DNA from: Bryobacterales bacterium
Lineage (GTDB): Bacteria > Acidobacteriota > Terriglobia > Bryobacterales > UBA6623
Direction: 5' to 3'
Assembly (NCBI GenBank): GCA_963422375.2
Contig: OY729427.2
Coordinates: forward strand, 1,504,001 to 1,568,000
DNA: 64,000 bases
Shown one piece after another: positions 44,728 to 54,006 of this stretch. The translations under genes and the position numbers were made by a program. The notes under the pieces were generated by a model. That model was given only the letters and a program-made list of their open reading frames with translations. It was not told where the DNA came from and made no database searches. The first letter of the stretch is position 1; every line of letters begins with the position of its first letter.

Positions 44728-44770
44728 CGAACACGGATTCATTGTTAAGTTATGGGAATTATATATCTGA
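44672..44770 (+). pseudogene. 5' stub of a gene truncated by the IS1595 insertion
   Basis: AAGGAG RBS, MDIKNNHDHMLTFYKIAVNEHGFIVKL runs into the IS terminal repeat at 44754. Confidence 0.45.
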
Positions 44771-47008
44771 GTGCCGACGACGCCATATCCGGCTAGAACT
44801 GCTCTGATTGGGGAAGTCGCCGTCTAGCTCGGGTCATTGGTGTGCGGCCGAGGTGGGCACCGAAAGGTCGGTTCGTATCTGAATCGCGCCGGCAAGCGGA
44901 TTTCGCGGCGCAGGGACTAGAGAGGCCGCCTCGGGCGCCCCGGTGGAACCCGGATTGCCGTGGAGAGGCTCCCCTTCCAAGGCGGTTGCATCTATGAATT
45001 GTCCGGGCTGGACACCGGTCGCGGCGCGGGATTCCGGATCCGGAGCGCCCTTCGCACCGAGCGTGAAGAGAGGCCGCAGCGGACCGGCCACGCCGTGCTC
45101 GGGCCGCGACCGCGGCCTTGCCGACCAGCTGCCGGTAGGTCAGCGTCCGGCCGACCAAGCCCCGCGCCATGCGCCGCATCCGTTCCGCCGTGTCGCAGTT
45201 GCGGGCGTTGCGCCGTCCCGCGAACTCCGTGAGGTAGCGGCCCGAATGACGGACGCTCATCCGGTGATAGGTTCCCTAGAGGCCGCGCTTGAACAGGGAC
45301 CGGAATGACTCGATGCCGTTCGTATGCGCCGCCCCGCGCACGTACTCGCCGCCGGGCCAGCGGTTCTAAGTTTGGCCGTCAAGGGGGTGCGTGAACGTTG
45401 TTTCGGAGGATGAGGTGAATAAGTTGACCGAGAGGTTGCGCTCCCGAGGCCGCCCCGCGGGAGCGTCGGACGGCGGGCAGGGCCGTGGTGCGGCCCGCGT
45501 CGCGGGTCCGCCGAGTGCCGAGCCCGCGGCCGGACGCACTCCGGCGGTAGCCGGCTTTGACGGCCGGCCGCTGGCCGGACGCTGCCGGCACGAAACTGCG
45601 CGGAGTCCAGGCCCCGGCTGCCTGGCAGCCCGGAGGCGCGCGTCCGGCGCGCACCGCCGCCAGCAGCGTCGGCCGGTCCGGGAAGCGGAACCAGCGCAGC
45701 GCGACCTGCAGCTCCCGGAACAGGGCGCGGCGCGTGACCAGCTGGCGCCGGCACTGCTGCCACAGCGCGCAGACGCACTGCAGCACGGCGTGGAGCGCGA
45801 AGGCGAACGGGTTCGGCACGGCCGGCACGTTGGCCGGCCCATCCTTGCCGTGCCCGAAGTTGCGCTTGCAGTTGCGGCCGTGCCGCGCCAGGCAGTTGAA
45901 GCCCTCGTTCTCGATCTTCCAGCGCGCCCGGCCGGCCCGCGCGATCCGCTCCGCGTTGTCCGCGGTGACCGCGAGACCGGTGGAGAAGCCGCTGGCGCAG
46001 GTGCGCTTGCCGTCGCGCTCCACGGCGTACTCGAGCCAAGTGCCCCGCAGGGCGTCGCGGCCCTGGCGCAGGGGCGCCGCGGCCGTCCGGCGGAAACGGT
46101 GCCGCTCGGACCGCTTGCCCTTCCCGCGCCGCGGCAGCCAGCCGGTCGAGCGCACCGCGCCGCTCGCCCGCCGGCTCTCCGGCACCTCGTGCAAGTGCTT
46201 GCGGGATCGGGGCTTGCATACCCGGATGCAGTCCATGCCGGCCGCCGCGGCGGCCTCGCAGGACGGCTGGCAGCAGTACAGGTCGTCCCCCGGCAGGACG
46301 GGGCGGCAGGCCTGCAGCCAGGCGCCGTGAGCGGCGAGCCAGCGCTTGGCGGCGTTGCGCTCGCAGTCCCGCTTGCGCTCGTCCTCGCTCATGTCGGCGC
46401 GGGTCGCGGCCGCGTCCTGCTGCGGGCGCACGAACTCGGGCATCAGCGGCAGGACCATGGCGTGGCCGACGGCCATGGTGCGGAAGTGATGCGGCCGGCG
46501 CTCGCTGCCGACGCGCCGCACCGAGCACTGCGGGCAATGCACCCTGTCGGAGCGGTGGAACCGGACGCCGTCCGGAGCCGCCGGCAGGCGCTCGTCGAGG
46601 CGCTGGAAGGGCGCGAGCGCGCCCTGCGCGGCCACGGTTGCGAGGCACGGCCGGAACAGCGGGTCGCACGCGGCCGGGTCGAGGTCGTCGAGCAAGTTGC
46701 GGATCCGGTTGTCGCAGGGGATGCGGCCCGCGCCGAACAGGGTCCGGCAGTTGGAGCGCGAGCCGTCCCGCTCCATGCGCCGCTGGAACGCGAGGAACGA
46801 CTCGCACTGGGTGAAGAAGCAGGCCGGGGCGCAACCGGCGGCGTCGCTGACCTCGTAGCGCTTGTTGCGCTCCTTGCCGCCGACGTAGGTCTCGTCCACT
46901 TCCACCGGGCCGACGAACAGGTCCCGGTCCCGCTCCCAGCACGCGCGGATGCGGTGCGCCAAGTGCCAAGCCGATTTGCTTGCGGACCCGGTTGCGGGCA
47001 TAATTCCA
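44754..47008 (-). mobile_element. Decayed IS1595-family element containing a nested transposase
   Basis: Terminal inverted repeats GGGAATTAT (44754, plus) and TGGAATTAT (47008, minus); KSAWHLAHRIR...GPVEVDETYVGGK (~46860-46980) and GEYVRG..HTNGIESF..LFKRG*GTYH..S..H..RYL.EF..R.N (~45100-45352). Confidence 0.8.
45357..46860 (-). mobile_element. ISNCY-type transposase lacking its N-terminus, nested in the IS1595
   Basis: FFTQCESFLAFQRRM, IPCDNRIRNLLD, KRDCERNAAKRWL, GDDLYC, GRARWKIENEGFN.L...G.N..RNFGHG; probable element end near 45357-45375. Confidence 0.75.
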
Positions 47009-47445
47009 ATAACGAGTCCCCCTACAGCCTGAGGCTCCCCGAAGCCGTGGGCAGCGGCCTGCATCTCAGAATCCGGTGGAGGCCGCTGCTATCGGATTCT
47101 CCAAGAGCGAGGCTGACCTGTAGATGCGAGCGACGACGCTGCTTGGCTCGTAATCGAATTCTGTGGAACACCCTCGGATCACGCCCGTGCCAAGCCCAAA
47201 GACGCCGTTGGCAGCGACCGTCAGGAAGGCCGAGAAAGGTCGGTGTTGCAATCATGCGTGCGCCCCAGGCCGGGACGGCTTATCAGGGCGCACCAGTAGA
47301 GGGCATGCCGAGGCAGGAGCCGGGGACGAGTCGCCGGACCCTGCGGCAGGCTCCCCGCCTGCCACCACTCGCGCCGTTCCGCCTTGGCCGCCATCCAGTA
47401 GGCCCTCGCGCCAGGACGGCGCCACGTCTCGAGGGTGGCCCGACC

Positions 47446-48804
47446 CTAGAGCGGGAGAACGAGTGCCGCGACCTGCGTCGAGACGTAGCCGATCACGCCC
47501 ATCACCGCGAGCAGCGGCGTCCAAGTCTGCAAGGCCTCCTTCTCGGTCAGCCCGGACATCTGCTTGTAGACCCAGAAACCGGAATCGTTCATCCACGAGC
47601 CCACCAAGGAGCCCGAGCCGATCGCGCACGCCACGTAGACCGGATTGAATCCCGGCGGTGTGTCGATAATCAAGGGAGCCATAATTGCCGAGACCGTGAT
47701 CATTGCCACAGTCCCGGAGCCCTGCGCGACCTTGAGCAGCGTCCCTAGCAGGAAGCTCAGCAGCAGGATCGGCACGCCGAACTCCTGGGACATCTCGCCG
47801 ATCATTTTGCCGACGTCGGCTTGTACGAGCATCTTCCCGAACGACCCGCCGCCCGCCGTAATCAGAATGATCAGGCCGCCGCTGGCGAGCGCCGTCTCGA
47901 CCGGCTTGGCGAGCTGCGCGAGCGTGTAGCCCTTCTGGCGGGCAACCAGAATCAGCGAAATCGCCGCCGACGCTAGCAGGGCGAAGTTCGGATTGCCGAG
48001 GAATCCCGTGATTCCCCGCACCGTCTCGCCCGCCTCCAAGGCCCCCGAAAGGGTGTTGGAGGCGATCAGCACCACGGGCAGCGCGATCGGCAGCATGGAC
48101 ATGAAGAAGCTCGGCAGGCGCTCCTCGCCGTGCCGGGCGAGATCCTCGAGTTCCTCCAAGCTGAGGCCGGGGGTCTCCCGCAAGGGAACGTCCAGCTGCC
48201 GGTCGCGGAGGATGCCGAACAGCCAGCCCCCGATGGACATCGGCACGGCGATAACCGCGCCCACGATGATCATCACGCCCAAGTCGATGTCGAGCGTCGC
48301 CGCCATGGCCAGCGGGCCCGGCGTGGGCGGCACCATGGAATGCGTCACCGCGCCTCCGGCCGAGATCGCCATCAGGAAGAGCAGGTAGTGCCTGCCCATG
48401 CGGACGCGCATGGCCCGGGCCAGCGGAACCAGCAGGTAGAAGACGGTATCGAAAAACACCGGAACCGAGAGGACGTACCCGCTGCTGAGCAGCGAGAGCG
48501 ACGCATGCTTCTCGCCCAGCGCGCGCACGAACACGCGCACGATCTTGTCGGCGGCCCCGCTCTCCATCAGGCATTGCCCGATCAGGGCGGCCAGCGCGAT
48601 GACGATCGCGATGCTGCCGCAGACGCCGCCGAACTCGCGGGCGACGGACGGCATGACTTCGCCCAGCGGGACGTTCGGGGAGAGGATCCCGACGGTCGCT
48701 GCCGCCGTGATCAGCGCGATGAAGGCGTTGATCCTCAGCCGCAGGATCAGGAAGAAAACCACCGCGACGGCGATCACGAGAATGGCAAGGGGGTGCAACT
48801 GCAT
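47446..48804 (-). CDS. GntP family gluconate/sugar-acid:H+ symporter
   Basis: ESGAADKI, VPVFFDTVFYLL, HSMVPPTPGP, AQGSGTVA, SWMNDSGFW. Confidence 0.92.
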   Translation of the reverse strand: MQLHPLAILVIAVAVVFFLILRLRINAFIALITAAATVGILSPNVPLGEVMPSVAREFGGVCGSIAIVIALAALIGQCLMESGAADKIVRVFVRALGEKHASLSLLSSGYVLSVPVFFDTVFYLLVPLARAMRVRMGRHYLLFLMAISAGGAVTHSMVPPTPGPLAMAATLDIDLGVMIIVGAVIAVPMSIGGWLFGILRDRQLDVPLRETPGLSLEELEDLARHGEERLPSFFMSMLPIALPVVLIASNTLSGALEAGETVRGITGFLGNPNFALLASAAISLILVARQKGYTLAQLAKPVETALASGGLIILITAGGGSFGKMLVQADVGKMIGEMSQEFGVPILLLSFLLGTLLKVAQGSGTVAMITVSAIMAPLIIDTPPGFNPVYVACAIGSGSLVGSWMNDSGFWVYKQMSGLTEKEALQTWTPLLAVMGVIGYVSTQVAALVLPL

Positions 48805-48851
48805 TGCGGCCACCGAGAGTAGCAGAACCCGCCCGGAGGGCGAGGGCCGCC

Positions 48852-49346
48852 TCAGTCGAGGCGGGCCGCGCGGATCTTCTTCGCCTGCGCGGCGCGAAAC
48901 GCCTTCAACGCGTCCCGGAGAGCCTCGTCAGCCGTCCCAAGAATCGCGATTGCGAGCAGCGCCGAGTTCTTGGCGCCGGCCTTGCCGATAGCCAATGTGC
49001 CGACCGGAATCCCGCCCGGCATCTGGACTGTCGACAGGAGCGAGTCCACGCCGTCTAGAACGCTCGGCATCGGCACGCCCAGCACCGGAAGGACGGTATG
49101 GGCGGCGCACACCCCGGCGAGGTGGGCAGCCCCGCCGGCTGCCGCAATGATCACGCGGATCCCGCGCCCCTCGGCGCACGATATGTACTCGGAAGCTAGG
49201 TCGGGGGTGCGGTGGGCGGACATGACCCGGCACTCGTGCGGGATGCCGAATTGCTCGAGCGTCTCGGCGCACGCTTTCATCGTGCTCCAGTCGCTGGTGC
49301 TGCCCATCACCACGGCAACTAATGGTTTCGAAGCTGTTTCTGACAT
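48852..49346 (-). CDS. purE: N5-carboxyaminoimidazole ribonucleotide mutase
   Basis: MGSTSD, SAHRTP, AGGAAHL, LLSTVQMPGGIPV. Confidence 0.98.
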   Translation of the reverse strand: MSETASKPLVAVVMGSTSDWSTMKACAETLEQFGIPHECRVMSAHRTPDLASEYISCAEGRGIRVIIAAAGGAAHLAGVCAAHTVLPVLGVPMPSVLDGVDSLLSTVQMPGGIPVGTLAIGKAGAKNSALLAIAILGTADEALRDALKAFRAAQAKKIRAARLD

Positions 49347-49368
49347 CGTTTCCTTTGAGCCTGCTTGC

Positions 49369-49394
49369 GGATACCACAATGTGTTGTGGTATCC
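49369..49394. promoter_or_regulatory. Perfect palindrome / operator candidate between divergent purE and mltD-like genes
   Basis: ggataccacaa-tgtg-ttgtggtatcc; overlaps a plus-strand extended -10 (TG-G-TATCCT). Confidence 0.6.
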
Positions 49395-49463
49395 TAGCAC
49401 CCAGTGCAGCATGCGGCAGCGGCGGGTTCCGACCCGACCGTTGCAAGTGAGTAGGTAGTATTC

Positions 49464-51830
49464 GTGTTCCCTTCCCGTGACGATCAGATCTGCCAGTCCA
49501 CAGGCGCCCCCCGCCTCAGCTTGGCCAGAATCGCGGAGGCGCGGAGCGCCGCATTGCGCGGCGCGGTCGCGCTATCCGTCCTAGCGAGCCTGCTGGGCAC
49601 CTCGTGCTCGCGCAACGCCCGGAGCCCCTTGCAGCCGCTTTCGAGTGCCCCGGTCGCCGCTCTGGAGCGGCACCCGCCAGCGCCCCAAGACGTCGAGGGC
49701 TCACTCGACGACTCCACGGCTCTCGCAGCGGCCGAGGACGACACAAGCCTCGCCGCGCTGGAGGAGAGCAGACTGGAAGCGCCTTTTGGAATCGATTCCC
49801 CTTTCGACCCCGAAGAGCCCGCCATTAGCGAGGACGAGGTCGCTCTGCTGGACGAGTTGATGGCCCTCAGCTTGCCCGAGGCGCCCCGCAAGCTCTCCCA
49901 CGAGGAGGCGCTGCTGCACACGCGGTCGGAACTGCCGCTCGTCATGAACGAGCACGTGCAGCGCCTGATCAACTACTTCACCAAGACCAGTCGAGGCAAG
50001 GCGACGATCCGCGTGTCTCTCGGACGGGGCGCCGCCTACCGGGCCATGATCGAGCGGATCCTCGCCGAAGAGGGCGTGCCGGCGGAAATCTACTATCTCG
50101 CCATGGCGGAATCCGGCTTCCGGCCGAACGCTCGCTCCCACGCCCACGCGACCGGCATGTGGCAGTTCATCTCAAGCCGCGGCAAGCAGTACGGGCTGCG
50201 GCGGGACAGGTACCTCGACCTGCGCCTTGACGCCGAGGCATCGACGCGCGCCGCGGCGAGGCACTTGAAGGACCTGCACATCGAGTTCAACGACTGGTAC
50301 CTTGCCATGGCCGCGTACAACACCGGCCCGAACAACGTCAAGAAGGCGATCCGCCGGACCGGTAGCCGCGATTACTGGACCATGGTCAAGCGCCGGGCCT
50401 TGCACCGGGAGACCCGGAACTACCTGCCGATCATCCTAGCCATGACCTACGTCGGCCAGAACTTGGATCTGTTCGACATCGGCGAGATCGACTCCGCCCC
50501 GGAACTGAGCTACGACACCGTGCTCACGGAAGGGGAGGTCAGCTTCGAGCTGATCGCTGACGCGACCGGGTCCTCGGTCGACGCCATCCGCGACATGAAC
50601 CAAGCACTGTTCCGCTCGGCCACGCCTCCCTACGCCTACGAATTGAGGATCCCGGCGGGCACGGCTTCCCAGTACCAGCGGGAGGTCGCGCTGGTCCCTC
50701 CCGACAAGCGCAAGCAGTGGCGCCGCTACGAAGTCCGGCAGGGCGAGACGCTCGAGGCGGTGGCGCACCGCTACAAGGTCAAGCCGGCGGAGCTGGCCGC
50801 GCTGAACTCCCTTCCCGGAGGCGCGCAGCTCGCGGGCGGGACGCGGCTGACGGTTCCGGCCAAGACGCGCACGACGATCTATAGGTACTACGGCAGCGGC
50901 GGGCGCGCGGGCGGGCTGGTCGACCCCGGCACGGGACGCTACCGCATTACTAACGGGGACACGCTCGGCGGGATCGCGAGGAGGTTCGGCACGTCGGTCA
51001 CCCAGCTGATGACCTGGAACGGCCTGCCCTCCACGCGCATCCGGGCCGGCCGCTACCTTATCGTAAAGCAGCCGGGCACGGGCGGAGCAGTCGAAACGGC
51101 CAGCGCCGGACCGGCTCCCGCCGGGCGCTACACCGTGCGCCGGGGCGACTCGCTCTCGACCATCGGCACCCGCGTAGGCGCGACCGTGGCTCAGCTGCAG
51201 GGGTGGAACGGCATCCGCGGCACCACCATTCACGTCGGACAGAGGCTCAGGGTGCCCGGTCGGGCGCCCTCGTCCACCCCGGCTGCCGCGCGGGCGTCGG
51301 CCGCCGCGCCCAGCGCCAACCACTACCGTATCCGCAGAGGCGACAACCTGTCCCTGATAGCGGCCCGCTTCGGCGTGTCGGTCAGTGACCTGCGCGCTTG
51401 GAACGGCATCCGCGGCACGCGCATCACGGCCGGCGAATACCTGCGCGTGAGACCCGCGCCGGAGCCTGCAGCCGGTTCCGCGCGCACCCGACCTCTGGCA
51501 TCCGCCAGAGGCGGCAGCTCGGCCTACTACACGGTCCGCAGGGGAGACACGCTCGGGGCCATTGCCTCGCGATATGGTGTCACGGACGCCCAGCTGCGCC
51601 TGTGGAACGGCACCCGCGGAAACCTGATCTTTCCAGGAGACCGGCTGGCCGTAAACGGTCCGGCTGCCGCCGGCACGGCCCAGAGCTACCGGATCCGCTC
51701 CGGCGACACGCTCGCGGTCATCGCCAAGCGGTTCAACGTGAGCGTGAACGACCTCAAGCGCTGGAACCAGCTGACCTCATCGAGGATTAGGGCGGGCAAC
51801 ACGCTGAGAATCCACCCCTCGGGCTCCTAG
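49464..51830 (+). CDS. MltD-like lytic murein transglycosylase lipoprotein with six LysM repeats; start uncertain
   Basis: LLGTSC lipobox-like, AMAES, ATGMWQF, AAYNTG, ETRNY; six Y.(V/I)..G(D/E)(T/S/N)L repeats. Confidence 0.92.
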   Translation: MFPSRDDQICQSTGAPRLSLARIAEARSAALRGAVALSVLASLLGTSCSRNARSPLQPLSSAPVAALERHPPAPQDVEGSLDDSTALAAAEDDTSLAALEESRLEAPFGIDSPFDPEEPAISEDEVALLDELMALSLPEAPRKLSHEEALLHTRSELPLVMNEHVQRLINYFTKTSRGKATIRVSLGRGAAYRAMIERILAEEGVPAEIYYLAMAESGFRPNARSHAHATGMWQFISSRGKQYGLRRDRYLDLRLDAEASTRAAARHLKDLHIEFNDWYLAMAAYNTGPNNVKKAIRRTGSRDYWTMVKRRALHRETRNYLPIILAMTYVGQNLDLFDIGEIDSAPELSYDTVLTEGEVSFELIADATGSSVDAIRDMNQALFRSATPPYAYELRIPAGTASQYQREVALVPPDKRKQWRRYEVRQGETLEAVAHRYKVKPAELAALNSLPGGAQLAGGTRLTVPAKTRTTIYRYYGSGGRAGGLVDPGTGRYRITNGDTLGGIARRFGTSVTQLMTWNGLPSTRIRAGRYLIVKQPGTGGAVETASAGPAPAGRYTVRRGDSLSTIGTRVGATVAQLQGWNGIRGTTIHVGQRLRVPGRAPSSTPAAARASAAAPSANHYRIRRGDNLSLIAARFGVSVSDLRAWNGIRGTRITAGEYLRVRPAPEPAAGSARTRPLASARGGSSAYYTVRRGDTLGAIASRYGVTDAQLRLWNGTRGNLIFPGDRLAVNGPAAAGTAQSYRIRSGDTLAVIAKRFNVSVNDLKRWNQLTSSRIRAGNTLRIHPSGS

Positions 51831-51911
51831 CCTCGAGCTGCAACAGCCGGGCTACCGCTGGACCGGCTTCGGCCGTGCCCCAGTCGACGTTCGGATTCCG
51901 AGACCCCGGGG

Positions 51912-53336
51912 CTACCCCGCGAAGCAGTAGAGCGCCGCTTGCGTGCGAATGAACAGGCGTCCGTCCGCGACCACCGGAGTGGCGTACACGCCCTCGCCCA
52001 TCGCGTTCGTCCGGATGACCTCCCAAGCCGGGCCGGGCCGGACGACGGACACCTGGCCCGTCTCGTCCGCGGCGAACACCTTGCCGTCCGCGGCCACGGG
52101 CGACGCGAAGTAGCGCCCCATGGCCTCGCGAAGGCGCCCCTGCTTGAGCACGCTGCCGTCGGCGGCACTCAGGGCGGTCATGACGCCGCCGTCCTTGGTG
52201 AGGTAGAGCACGCCGTCGTACAGCAGGGGGGAGGGGACGTTGGGCAGGCTCTTGTAGTGAATCCACTCCACCGCGCCCTCGGTCATGTCGCCCCTGCCCC
52301 CCAAGCGGATCTTCCTCACGGCGTTCACCGCGCGCCGCTTGCGCCGGTGGTGCTCCCAGTCGCGCTCTTCCATGAAGCCCGTATTGTCCAAGTCGAAGCT
52401 GCCGAGGCCGCCGCGCACCTTGCGTCCGAACAGCTCGCTCACCTCTGCGGCCGAGAGCCTCCCGTCGGCGTTCGCGTCCAGTTCCCCGAGCACCGATTCG
52501 AAGGCAGGCACCGCTTCCTGCTGCCCTAGGTCCGCGCTGCCCGCCCAGCCGAGCACGTAGGCGTAGCCCTCGCCGTCCAGCACGGGCGTGGGCTTCATCT
52601 GCCACGTCAGCCCCTCCACCCACCAGACTTTCTCCCCGGTAGCGACGTCGTACGCGGCAAGCTCGTAGGATCCCGGCACGAGCAGCTGGATGCCGCCGTC
52701 ATCCGGCCGGTACAGCACCGGCGTCGAGAAGCCGCGCAGGGAATACGGGCGCTCGTTGCGCCACGCGATTTCGCCGGTCCGGGCATCCACGGCCACCATG
52801 AACGAGTCGGTTTCGGAGTCGCAGACCTGGATCACCCTGCCGTCGACGTAGACCGGCGACGCGCCCATCCCCATGGGATTGTTGAACGGCCCCAAGGGAA
52901 CCTGCCACAGGGAGTTGCCGTCCGGGCCGTAGGCCGCAAGGCCGAAGTCCTGGAAGAATACAAAGGCGTTCTCGCCGTCGGTGGCGGCGCTGGGCGAGGC
53001 TGGGTCGTTCGGCTTGCGAAGCTTCCCGGCCCGCTCGCGGGCGATTTCCCGCCGCCACATGATGCGGCCGGCGGCGCGGTCGAGGGCAAGCGTGATCAGC
53101 TTGTCGTCCTCGAAACCGGTCAGGAAAATGCTGTCGCGCGCGAACACGGGCGAGGACAGGCCCGGGGGAAGGGACGTCTTCCATACCAGATTCCGTTCGG
53201 GCCCGAACTCGGCGGGAATGCCGGCCTCGGACGACACGCCGGCGCCGTTGGGGCCGCGAAACCGGTCCCACGCGAGCTCGGACGCAAAGGTCGCGACGCA
53301 GAATCCCAGTAAGAGGGGCGCAGTCCAGCGGGCCAT
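51912..53336 (-). CDS. PQQ-like beta-propeller (BamB-like) exported protein with EF-hand-like insert
   Basis: WDRFRGPNG.G, NLVWKT, SSPV, ASP and STP repeats; DANADGRLSAAE and DLDNTGFMEERD. Confidence 0.85.
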   Translation of the reverse strand: MARWTAPLLLGFCVATFASELAWDRFRGPNGAGVSSEAGIPAEFGPERNLVWKTSLPPGLSSPVFARDSIFLTGFEDDKLITLALDRAAGRIMWRREIARERAGKLRKPNDPASPSAATDGENAFVFFQDFGLAAYGPDGNSLWQVPLGPFNNPMGMGASPVYVDGRVIQVCDSETDSFMVAVDARTGEIAWRNERPYSLRGFSTPVLYRPDDGGIQLLVPGSYELAAYDVATGEKVWWVEGLTWQMKPTPVLDGEGYAYVLGWAGSADLGQQEAVPAFESVLGELDANADGRLSAAEVSELFGRKVRGGLGSFDLDNTGFMEERDWEHHRRKRRAVNAVRKIRLGGRGDMTEGAVEWIHYKSLPNVPSPLLYDGVLYLTKDGGVMTALSAADGSVLKQGRLREAMGRYFASPVAADGKVFAADETGQVSVVRPGPAWEVIRTNAMGEGVYATPVVADGRLFIRTQAALYCFAG

Positions 53337-53371
53337 ACGGCGCAATATATCACGCGCCCGCCGCGCGGACG

Positions 53372-53926
53372 CTATTGACTGAGCGAGGCGATAACCTTGC
53401 GGAATTCCGGCTCGGCCGCCGCGGCCGTCCGCGCGGGCGCGGTGAGCTTGAAGAAGACCGGCGCGTCCGGTCCCTGCACGATCGCGGCCAGCATCCGGTA
53501 ACCGGGCATCCTGGTGGCTTGCGGCGCCATCGGGAACGGCTTGAACAGGTAGGTGCCGCTCACGTCGAGCAGCGTCACGCGCATGCCGCCGACATCCCGC
53601 TCCGCGCGCACCGCGGCGCTCGCCGGCAGCGGCCGTCCGTCCGAGCCGACGAACTGCCCGAGCCAGCGGCGCACGTTGGCGCCCACCCCGCCGCCCTGGC
53701 CGGGCCCGAAGTAAAATACCGCCAGCTCGCCGCCCTGGCTGTCGCCTGGCGCCGCGGGAATGGCGTAGTTGGCCGCCCGCATGGGCTTGGGCGCGGAGGT
53801 CCACCCCGACGGGGCGTCGAAGCGGACACCCCCGGCCTCCGCCGCGAAGAGGCCGGCCAGCATCCCCGCGGCGGCAAGCAGCGGGACCTGCAGGCAAAGC
53901 GGCTGGATCGATCGGCGACGCGGCAT
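53372..53926 (-). CDS. Conserved hypothetical exported protein
   Basis: Signal-like N-terminus; MRAANY, GGGVGANVRRWLGQF, FFKLT.P. Confidence 0.75.
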   Translation of the reverse strand: MPRRRSIQPLCLQVPLLAAAGMLAGLFAAEAGGVRFDAPSGWTSAPKPMRAANYAIPAAPGDSQGGELAVFYFGPGQGGGVGANVRRWLGQFVGSDGRPLPASAAVRAERDVGGMRVTLLDVSGTYLFKPFPMAPQATRMPGYRMLAAIVQGPDAPVFFKLTAPARTAAAAEPEFRKVIASLSQ

Positions 53927-54006
53927 GGCAGAGCTCGTGTGCAAGCTCCAGTCTACAGGGTCCTCCTCGCCGCGCGGAGGCGGCACCGGGGAGCCTGCGC
54001 CGCCTC

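Noticed and set aside
45391..47748. 785-aa plus-strand ORF
   Set aside because: Antisense to the transposase and the gntP-like 3' end; low-complexity composition.
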